Part shown: positions 57,015 to 64,000 of the stretch, piece after piece
Layout: every line of letters starts with the position of its first letter
Position numbering within the stretch: position 1 is the stretch's first letter
IMG/VR virus record: IMGVR_UViG_2802429139_000001
Reading direction: 5' to 3' (one strand)
Length of the DNA stretch: 64,000 nucleotides
Source: a virus
The notes under the pieces: model-generated
Seen by the model: the letters and a program-made list of their open reading frames with translations, nothing else
Databases searched by the model: none
Told to the model about the DNA's origin: nothing
Made by a program: the position numbers and the translations under genes

Positions 57015-57782
57015 CTAGGAGGCCGACAGCTCCGCTAGCCGTCGTTTGCATGCCTCTTTGAAGCTGGGGGTGAGCGCAATGTTCTTGTGCGCTCGCGCGT
57101 ACACGTCGCGCAGCTCTTCGATGTCCTTCGCGCGTGCCGCGAGTACGTCGAACCGCTTGCGTGTCCTGTTGGAAAAGTTGTCGAACTGGCCGCGACGGCG
57201 GTAAGCCTGAGCGTTCTTGGGCCGGTCGTCGGGGCGCCGCACGGGTGCGATGTAGTCCTTGATGGTGCGCTTGCGAAGCTCAGAGAGCCTGTGTGCCAGC
57301 GACACATCGCCCCATCCGCGTAGCAGGTTGACCCAGTGCACGGTGGCTTTCTTTGCACCCTCAGGGATGTGCACGATCAGCCCGCGGTCGATGTCCATCG
57401 GTAGACCCTTGATGCGCTTCTTAGCCTCGGGGTCGTAGCTCTTGCTTCGCGCGGCCAACGCCATGAGTGCAATCGTCGAGCGATGGACCTCCGCGCCCGT
57501 CTCGATGCTCATTAGATAGAAGTTGTGGCGGTAGTACACGATTCGGTCGGGAATCGCGACCGCTTTGAGCTGGTCGTGGACGAAGGTCGGGACGATGCTG
57601 ACCATTTCCATTTCGGCGGTGGCGATCTGGTACGCCTTGAGGTCGACCCGGTCGATCGCCGCGAGGTCCTTGCCCTCGTCATTGGCCGCGAGTAGTCCAG
57701 TGAGATTGGTCTGGTGGCTCCAGGTCAGCCCCAGCGGCTCCAACAGCTCGGCCGCGGGTATGTACTGATCGACGGTGCTCAT
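57015..57782 (-). CDS. PD-(D/E)XK nuclease paralog, possibly degenerate (IPD ... IETG, no Lys)
   Basis: Aligns with 53150..54079 over C-terminal 150 aa. Confidence 0.5.
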   Translation of the reverse strand: MSTVDQYIPAAELLEPLGLTWSHQTNLTGLLAANDEGKDLAAIDRVDLKAYQIATAEMEMVSIVPTFVHDQLKAVAIPDRIVYYRHNFYLMSIETGAEVHRSTIALMALAARSKSYDPEAKKRIKGLPMDIDRGLIVHIPEGAKKATVHWVNLLRGWGDVSLAHRLSELRKRTIKDYIAPVRRPDDRPKNAQAYRRRGQFDNFSNRTRKRFDVLAARAKDIEELRDVYARAHKNIALTPSFKEACKRRLAELSAS

Positions 57783-59134
57783 GCCGCCACCGCTGCATTC
57801 AGCTCGGCCAGCAGGTCGGCCAGCATCCAGCGCAGCGCGCCGGCAGCCTGTTGCGGTACAACTCCATTGCCACAGATGCGCAGTTGCGCGCGCCGTGAGA
57901 GTCCTTCGATGTTGACCCAATCCAGCGGCCAGCCCATCATCCACTCAGAGAACCGCGGATTGAGCTGGGGCGACCCGTTGCCGGGTACCACGGGATAGGG
58001 CGCGGGCCGGAAAAGTGTCTCCCAACGCTTGACGGCCGGGTCGTACTGATGCCATTCCGGCTCGTTGTAGGCAACCGCAAGGTCGACCATCTGGACAATC
58101 GACGCGCCAATGCCGAAACTGCGCCGACGATCTGGGTGGTAGCCCTTACGGTCGCCATCGGTGGCCATCGGTGTGGGCATGAGCGCGAACGCGTCATCGA
58201 CGGCCGTACGAAGATCAGGTCCACCTGTCCCGTGCTGGCATCTACCACCATTGCCGTCACTCGCGCGCGGCGTCGGGAACAGCTCTTTGACCAGACCAGT
58301 CAGCAGTGGTTTTCCCGCGCTGTTGTGCGTGTTGTTCTGGAGCGCAATAGGCGTGGGTAGCAGCGGATCAGGACGCCCCTTGAGATCTGGCCGATCAGGC
58401 ACAGGATCATGACCCGTCGCGTATTGCGCGACGTACGGCAGCATCAGATGCTTGGACCCGCGGGTGTAGTAGCCAGCGGTTGGAGTCGGCAGCAGATCAC
58501 CGGACTCGACGATCAGTCCAGGATGGACCCCTGATTCGGGTCGGATTGCTTCTTCGACTTCTGCCGCCGTGAGGTCGGAACGATAGGCAAGGATGAAGAC
58601 TCGCTCGCGCTGATGCGGGGCTCCCCACCATGACGCGGATACAGTCCGCCAGCTCGCGTTATACCCGAGTCCGGCCAGGTCTCCGAGAACGGCTCCGGCT
58701 GCGTTGAGTGCAGATTGTCCTGCGTCTTCTCCCAGGTCTGAGTCGTTGGGTTCCATGTTGCGATTGGCGGTTGCACTGAGCAGTCCCCTCACGTTCTCGA
58801 TGACGACGAACTTCGGGCGAAGCGCAGAGATGGCCTCGGCGAAGTAGGACCAAAGGCCTGAGCGTGTCCCATCGGTAAGCCCCTTGCGAACGCCCGCGCA
58901 ACTCACGTCCTGGCATGGGAAACCACCGCACAGGATGTCAACACCCTCGACCGTGGCCCAGTCCACGGTGGTCACATCGATCAGGTTGGGCAGACCCGGA
59001 AAGCGAGCCGCGAGCACCTTCTGGGCGTCTTTGTTGAATTCGCAGACCCAGACGGTCTCAGCGTCGAAGATGGACGTGACACCTAGATCCAGCCCCCCAG
59101 CACCCGAAAATAGTGAACCGAGTTTCAGCGCCAT
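57779..59134 (-). CDS. DNA (cytosine-5) methyltransferase
   Basis: LFSGAGG (motif I), GFPCQDVS (motif IV), ENV. Confidence 0.85.
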   Translation of the reverse strand: MALKLGSLFSGAGGLDLGVTSIFDAETVWVCEFNKDAQKVLAARFPGLPNLIDVTTVDWATVEGVDILCGGFPCQDVSCAGVRKGLTDGTRSGLWSYFAEAISALRPKFVVIENVRGLLSATANRNMEPNDSDLGEDAGQSALNAAGAVLGDLAGLGYNASWRTVSASWWGAPHQRERVFILAYRSDLTAAEVEEAIRPESGVHPGLIVESGDLLPTPTAGYYTRGSKHLMLPYVAQYATGHDPVPDRPDLKGRPDPLLPTPIALQNNTHNSAGKPLLTGLVKELFPTPRASDGNGGRCQHGTGGPDLRTAVDDAFALMPTPMATDGDRKGYHPDRRRSFGIGASIVQMVDLAVAYNEPEWHQYDPAVKRWETLFRPAPYPVVPGNGSPQLNPRFSEWMMGWPLDWVNIEGLSRRAQLRICGNGVVPQQAAGALRWMLADLLAELNAAVAA

Positions 59135-59370
59135 CAGTGCCCCCGACTCTCTGGGGGCTCCCATGAGGGAAGCTCGGCAGCAAATCTCCGCAACTCTTCG
59201 GGTGTGAACATCACACGTCCGTCTAACACTCGGGGATTGATACGGCCTGTCCTAATGAGTTCATTGAGCTTGTTCAGAGAGATCTCACCCAGCGCTGCGG
59301 CGGCGACCTTCTTGGGCACAAAGATCGGTTCCATTCCGACTGTGATTTCACCCGTGATCAGATCGGACAT
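59134..59370 (-). CDS. HTH DNA-binding protein (excisionase-like)
   Basis: Small HTH protein beside cro-like gene. Confidence 0.5.
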   Translation of the reverse strand: MSDLITGEITVGMEPIFVPKKVAAAALGEISLNKLNELIRTGRINPRVLDGRVMFTPEELRRFAAELPSWEPPESRGH

Positions 59371-59681
59371 CAGCTCGCCTGCTGGTTGGTACGTCGTTGT
59401 CTGGTAATTGATGATGCGGGCTGAAAGAGATTCGACATCTTCACGCCGAGAGCCACCGAAATCGCCTGCGCCACTTCGATAGAGAAGGTTCGACAACGAT
59501 CAGGATCACCACTGAGGAGGTGGCCGATGAAAGACGGGTGCTTGCCGATTCTTTGAGCCAGGTGACGAGCCGTCATCAGCTTCTCAGGCTCAGGACCAAC
59601 CAGACTGCGCAGCAGCGGTAGGTTCTTGACCTCGACTGATCTGACATCGTGCGCCACGTTTTCACAACCCTTCAGCGCCAC
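59370..59681 (-). CDS. Cro-like HTH regulator
   Basis: LMTARHLAQRIGKHPSFIGHLLSG; divergent from repressor. Confidence 0.6.
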   Translation of the reverse strand: MALKGCENVAHDVRSVEVKNLPLLRSLVGPEPEKLMTARHLAQRIGKHPSFIGHLLSGDPDRCRTFSIEVAQAISVALGVKMSNLFQPASSITRQRRTNQQAS

Positions 59682-59945
59682 CCCATAACGATGTGGTGGC
59701 TAGTAGGTGAACGGGATGCGTAGATCATCAACTACTAGCTACTGCTCTGTCAACCACTGATATGCCGCGTGTAGCGAATCTACTAGTCCGCCACGCGGGT
59801 GGACTAACGAAGCCCTGCGCACTGAGCAGTGATGTTGTAAGGTTCAGCAACCACGAGTTACTAGTTGCATTACTGGTAATTTCAAGATCAAATAGAGCTG
59901 ATAGGGCCGCTAACTACTAGTGACCACCGACGATCGGAAGACAAG
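59682..59945. promoter_or_regulatory. Repressor/cro intergenic control region with five CTACTAG-type operator repeats
   Basis: GGCTAGTAGG, AACTACTAGCTA, ATCTACTAGTCC, GTTACTAGTTGC, AACTACTAGTGA. Confidence 0.55.
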
Positions 59946-60440
59946 ATGCCTATAACCAACGCGAGTAGCGATGAGGATGGGTTGACTCTCCAAGACCTGA
60001 TACTCACGCTCAAGGGTGATCGGACATACAAGGATCTAGAGGACGCCAGTGGCGGGGTAGTGAAAGCGCAGCGCTGGAACCAGATCACCAATGGAATCAA
60101 AGTCAAGGAGTTCCCAGAACCGGCGTCGATAGAAGGCATGGCTCGCGCACTCAACGTGAAGCTCGATGTCATATTGCTGTCGATTGCCCGATCTGTCGGC
60201 CTACCTGTCGAGGTGGATGTCTCACGACTGGCGGCCCTGCTCCCCCCTGGCGCCGAAAAACTAGGTGACGCTCAGCTCGGCCTCATGCTGTCGCTCTTAC
60301 GAGAGATGATCAAAGCGAGCGAAAATGATAGCGACGGGGACACTGAGAGTGCCCCAAAAGTATTGGGCTCCAAGACTAAACCGGAGCCTGGAGCCCCAAA
60401 GAAGACGACTCGCCGGACTAGGACCAATACCTCCAAGTAG
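59946..60440 (+). CDS. Immunity repressor-like HTH protein (164 aa)
   Basis: XRE-type HTH LTLQDLILTLKGDRTYKDLEDASG; only plus-strand gene in region, divergent from cro. Confidence 0.65.
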   Translation: MPITNASSDEDGLTLQDLILTLKGDRTYKDLEDASGGVVKAQRWNQITNGIKVKEFPEPASIEGMARALNVKLDVILLSIARSVGLPVEVDVSRLAALLPPGAEKLGDAQLGLMLSLLREMIKASENDSDGDTESAPKVLGSKTKPEPGAPKKTTRRTRTNTSK

Positions 60441-60446
60441 TGGGAC

Positions 60447-60809
60447 TCAGCAGTTGAGTAGGTGACCGCCTCGTGGTCGCCGATTCGACCTTTTCCCCAT
60501 GTCGATCGGAGCGGCACAGGGACGCTCCTGCCATGACAAATCGATGGGCACCGACACATGCGTCAGTAGGCCATCGTCGGTTTCTGTCCACACATCCTGT
60601 TGTCGCAGCGCGTAGAACTGAACCGCGAGCTGCGCGGCGTTCACACGCCGGCACGGGATCACCACTACCGACCCCGTGACAAGCTGAACTAGCTGACCGA
60701 TGTACACCATCGCGTGCGGCCCGACGTGGTGATATATGACCTCACCGACAGAGGGGTATATGGCTACAAACAAGATCATCCCCTGTTCCATACGCCACAA
60801 GCGCCCCAC
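60447..60809 (-). CDS. Hypothetical protein between repressor and integrase
   Basis: ORF in classic lysogeny-expressed location. Confidence 0.4.
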   Translation of the reverse strand: MGRLWRMEQGMILFVAIYPSVGEVIYHHVGPHAMVYIGQLVQLVTGSVVVIPCRRVNAAQLAVQFYALRQQDVWTETDDGLLTHVSVPIDLSWQERPCAAPIDMGKRSNRRPRGGHLLNC

Positions 60810-60869
60810 AGCCGTGGCAACGATGCTTTACGGCGCGCAGCCTGCCAGTTGACAGCCCCCGCGTGGGAC

Positions 60870-62318
60870 TCAATGTAGCGCTGGATTCAACAGCTTGGTC
60901 AGTTTTGACAATGCTGACTTCATCTGCGTCTGATCCACGTGGACGTAACCGCGATGCGCGACAACAGAACTCTGACCCATTATCGCCATCCGCACATCTT
61001 CTGGGACCTTGAGTTCCATCAAAAGCGTTGCGGCAGTGTGCCTTGCTGCATAGAGCATTCTGTTGGGCAAATCTGGGATTTCCAAGTTTCCAGATTCGAT
61101 CTCGATTTCATTACAGCCGGTAACAGATCCATCTAACTCGAACCCAGCGGCCACCATGAGCGCGTGCCATCGTTCATTCATCTCCGTCGGGCCATACGGC
61201 CGACCGTCATCATGAGCCCAGACCAAGTCCAGGGGTCCGGGCGTCTGACGCTCTAATCGCAAGCGCAACATAGTTTCCAGAGGCTTGATGAGAGGAAGGG
61301 GACGTTTACCTGCGGCTGTCTTAGGGCGCGTCCACACCTGGGTGCCGTGGCAGGGGCGGTACTCGAAGCCCGGTTGAAAGTCATATTCGGCATCCGGGCA
61401 CCAGCCCGCGCGCTTGCGTTTGCATGGGTAGGCGCCATCTTCATTGGGCACTCCGCACCCGTGCCTCTTGCTCGGCAGCTCTTGTAGCTGCCAGGACAGA
61501 TCCAGGACCTTGTTCTCGAAGTCGACCCGACTCCACTCAAGACCGTTCAACTCGCTCGGGCGAGCCACCGTCAGGAACGCGAAGCTCCAACGATCTGCCA
61601 GGGGGTCGTTCAAGTCGATCGCTGTGCGCATGACGTGTATAGCCTCAGGCGCGGTGAACGGCTGAATTTCGGCTGTCACATGGCTGGGCTTCTTGACCAT
61701 CGTTGCCACGTTGCGCTCCAGCACCCCTTCGTTGATCGCCCCTTTGAGCGCCTTCTGGAGAATCTGATGCGCCTTGACCGCGTTCCGGGTCGAGCCTGTT
61801 TCGTTGATCGTCTTGATAAGCGCGCGGACATCCTCTGGTGTCAGCTTGGCGAGCTGCTTCTTGCCGATGTGCGGCTTGATCAGCAGACGAATTCCCGATT
61901 CGTAGTAGAGATAGGTCTTCGGCTTCACGGCAGGCTTGTGGATGGTTTCCAGCCAGTAATCGAGCCACTGACCGACCGTGATCTTGGGTGACTGGATGAT
62001 GTTCCCCTTGGCGATGTCCTCCAGCAGCTTCTTACGCCGGTCGAGCGCCGTACCGCGGTCTTTCGCCGAGACCGTCTTTCGCCTCTGCTTGCCATCTGCA
62101 CCAGGCACGGTCACCGCACATACCCACATGCCGTCACTGCGTTTGTAAGGCTTGCCCTCCCCGCGCCCCGCGCGCTGGCGCGGCGTCAGGTGCCATGCTC
62201 CGCAGTCGCACTCGTACGGCTTGACGGCCTTCGGTGGGTTCCGATAGCGACGCGTCAGCTCATCAGTCGCGGTGATCTTGTCGGTGTAACCCTTGAGCTG
62301 AGGGGTTGGGCATCGCAT
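60870..62318 (-). CDS. int: Tyrosine integrase
   Basis: Arm-binding N-domain DGMWVCAVTVPGADGKQRRK; catalytic ARHTAATLL ... HRGY. Confidence 0.9.
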   Translation of the reverse strand: MRCPTPQLKGYTDKITATDELTRRYRNPPKAVKPYECDCGAWHLTPRQRAGRGEGKPYKRSDGMWVCAVTVPGADGKQRRKTVSAKDRGTALDRRKKLLEDIAKGNIIQSPKITVGQWLDYWLETIHKPAVKPKTYLYYESGIRLLIKPHIGKKQLAKLTPEDVRALIKTINETGSTRNAVKAHQILQKALKGAINEGVLERNVATMVKKPSHVTAEIQPFTAPEAIHVMRTAIDLNDPLADRWSFAFLTVARPSELNGLEWSRVDFENKVLDLSWQLQELPSKRHGCGVPNEDGAYPCKRKRAGWCPDAEYDFQPGFEYRPCHGTQVWTRPKTAAGKRPLPLIKPLETMLRLRLERQTPGPLDLVWAHDDGRPYGPTEMNERWHALMVAAGFELDGSVTGCNEIEIESGNLEIPDLPNRMLYAARHTAATLLMELKVPEDVRMAIMGQSSVVAHRGYVHVDQTQMKSALSKLTKLLNPALH

Positions 62319-62488
62319 GGCTCGGTTCTCCGTCGTTTGTCATCTGAGTCGGCAAACGCCTCACGAGACCCTGCCGCTGTAGCTTAGCTGTAGCTAAAAG
62401 AATGAATACTATGTTGCACTATGTTACTCAGTATATAGGGCTCACCTGCGCATATATGGGGTATCCGCAGCTCAATTCTATCGCACTC
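62319..62488. promoter_or_regulatory. attP arm with direct repeats (CTGTAGCTTAGCTGTAGCTA; ACTATGTTGCACTATGTTAC), candidate arm-type Int sites
   Basis: AT-rich repeats between int and tRNA core. Confidence 0.5.
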
Positions 62489-62538
62489 GCTGACTCTTAA
62501 TCAGCGGGTCTGGGGTTCGAAACCCTGACGGCGCACCA
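62489..62538 (+). tRNA. Partial tRNA-Lys(CTT): anticodon stem-loop to CCA only (attR core), not a complete gene
   Basis: GCTGA-CTCTTAA-TCAGC anticodon arm, T-arm TGGGGTTCGAAACCCTG, acceptor ACGGCGCACCA; no matching 5' acceptor or D-arm. Confidence 0.6.
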
Positions 62539-62837
62539 TGCAAACGCACTGCTCAGGCAGGGTTGTTGTCGTTTCGGAGTGTTTGCTGCCTGTGACAGAT
62601 GTGACCGATGTGACCGAAAGGTCTCCATATTGTCCCCGCGCTGCGGGAGCAGACCCACCACAGCAAACGGCGCGTCGGCGTGACATGTGAGACCGCCGTC
62701 CTAAGGTCGTGCCGTGTCTAATATGCCTCCCGACCCCGATGCATCTGACTCACGCGAGGACGGTGCACCTACCAAAGAGGCCTGTGCCAAGCTCTATCAG
62801 GAAGTGGGTCTGCTGCACGATCAGGTGACAATTTCGG

Positions 62838-63659
62838 TCACGCGGCCTGACTGGCCGTCGTGGTCATGATGGCTTCGTATTCGACGGGGGTCAACCGGCC
62901 GAGGGCGCCTTGGCGGCGACGTCGGTGGTAGGTGCGTTCGATCCAAGTGACGATGGCGATCCGCAGCTCCTCTCGGGTGGCCCAGCGGCGGCGGTCGAGG
63001 ACGTTCTTCTGCAGCAGGCTGAAGAAGCTCTCCATCGCCGCGTTGTCGCCGGCCGCGCCGACACGTCCCATTGAGCCGACCATGCCGTGATGGTGCAGGG
63101 CCTGGACGAACTTTCGACTTCGAAACTGCGACCCTCTGTCCGTGTGAACCACGCAGCCGGCGACCACCCCACGGCGGCCGACCGCGTTGCGCAGCGCGGC
63201 GGTCGCCAGGCGTGACTTCATTCGGGAGTCGATCGAATAACCCACGATGCGGTTGGAGAATGCATCCTTGATCGCGCAGAGGTAGAGCTTGCCATCGCCG
63301 GTGTAATGCTCAGTTATGTCGCTGAGCCACAACATGTTTGGCGTTTCAGCGGTGAAGTCGCGCTGGACCAGATCGTCGTGCACCGGCGGTCCTGGTTTGC
63401 CGTTCTTGCCGCGCTTCTTGCCGAACACGCTCCACAACTGCTGCTGTGAGCAGATGCGCCAGGCGGTGCGCTCGGCCATCGGCTCGCCGGCCTCACGGGC
63501 CTCCTCGACGAGGTAGCGGTAGCCGAACTCGGGGTCCTCGCCGTGCGCGTCGAACAGGGCGTTGGCGCGGTATGCCTCGACGAGTTCGGCATCGGTGATG
63601 GGATTTGCCCGCCAGCGGTAGTAGGGCTGGCGGGCGAGCTTGAGTACCCGGCGCGTCAC
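62838..63659 (-). CDS. IS3-family transposase OrfB (DDE catalytic domain)
   Basis: HTDRGSQFRSRKF ... integrase core. Confidence 0.85.
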   Translation of the reverse strand: MTRRVLKLARQPYYRWRANPITDAELVEAYRANALFDAHGEDPEFGYRYLVEEAREAGEPMAERTAWRICSQQQLWSVFGKKRGKNGKPGPPVHDDLVQRDFTAETPNMLWLSDITEHYTGDGKLYLCAIKDAFSNRIVGYSIDSRMKSRLATAALRNAVGRRGVVAGCVVHTDRGSQFRSRKFVQALHHHGMVGSMGRVGAAGDNAAMESFFSLLQKNVLDRRRWATREELRIAIVTWIERTYHRRRRQGALGRLTPVEYEAIMTTTASQAA

Positions 63660-63691
63660 CGCGACGGGAATCCCGTCGGCGGCGAGCTCAC

Positions 63692-64000
63692 TTACGAGCG
63701 GGTAGACCCTTTTCCCGGCAGATTGGCCTGCGACAAGTACGCCGCTGCCCGCCGTAAGACTTCATTCTCTTGTTCCAACAACCGATTTCGGCGTCGTAGC
63801 TCGCGCAGATCAGCGGAGTCATTGGTGCTCTTACCCGGCTTGGCGCCCTCGTCGACGTCGGCTTGGCGCATCCACTTGGTCAACGTCATCGGGTGCACGC
63901 CGAAATCGGTGGCGATCTGCTCGATCGTCACCCCGTCGTCGCGGTTACGGGCAACGCGGACGACGTCGTCGCGAAATTCACGGGGGTAGGGCCTAGGCAC
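63692..64000 (-). CDS. IS3-family transposase OrfA (HTH + leucine zipper)
   Basis: MPRPYPREFRDDVVRVA...LRELRRRNRLLEQENEVLRRAAAYL. Confidence 0.8.
   Translation of the reverse strand: MPRPYPREFRDDVVRVARNRDDGVTIEQIATDFGVHPMTLTKWMRQADVDEGAKPGKSTNDSADLRELRRRNRLLEQENEVLRRAAAYLSQANLPGKGSTRS

Larger units (their letters stand above)
1..62538. mobile_element. Integrated temperate siphovirus-like prophage; right end at tRNA-Lys attR core; left end beyond window start
   Basis: Contiguous phage modules: int, repressor, early genes, terminase, portal, capsid, tail, lysis. Partial tRNA adjacent to int. Host IS3 element beyond. Confidence 0.85.
62780..64000 (-). mobile_element. IS3-family insertion sequence (partial, runs off window)
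   Basis: orfA/orfB pair with DDE motif. Confidence 0.65.

Noticed and set aside
62461-62538. Complete tRNA gene
   Set aside because: Only the anticodon arm, T-arm and acceptor 3' strand are present; no complementary 5' acceptor strand or D-arm. Interpreted as the att core copy.

Overview
High-GC (~63-65%) actinobacterial DNA. Positions 1..62538 are one integrated temperate siphovirus-type prophage. A LysB mycolylarabinogalactan esterase places the host among mycolic-acid-containing actinobacteria, plausibly Mycobacterium-like. Almost all genes run leftward (minus strand). Right end is attR: a tyrosine integrase (60870..62318), an AT-rich arm with direct repeats, and the 3' half of tRNA-Lys(CTT) (62489..62538). 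Host DNA follows, carrying an IS3-family element (orfA/orfB 62838..64000) cut by the window edge. The left prophage end (attL, with the intact tRNA) lies beyond position 1. Gene order from the right: int; immunity repressor (+) with a five-copy CTACTAG operator region; cro- and xis-like HTH proteins; early genes (C5 cytosine methyltransferase, two paralogous PD-(D/E)XK nucleases, DnaQ-like exonuclease, SPFH/band-7 protein, MazG, Prim-Pol, RepA-like primase-helicase beside iterons, RusA, many small Zn-finger proteins); a virion-modification-like module (two glycosyltransferases plus a methyltransferase); HNH, TerS, TerL, portal; a 1180-aa MuF-family protein with kinase-like and ADP-ribosyltransferase-like domains plus a candidate immunity gene; scaffold, major capsid, connectors, major tail, chaperones G/T, 1516-aa tape measure, minor tail proteins; LysA, LysB, holin; a DnaN-like sliding clamp. 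Positions 1..5800 form a separately regulated island bounded by intrinsic terminators, with palindromic TTGGTAGAC-type operators in its two divergent intergenic regions, encoding an AAA+ ATPase, a DUF2786-like protein and a Zn-ribbon / ADP-ribosylglycohydrolase / 92-aa operon. All functional calls rest on motif recognition by eye; no database search was run.
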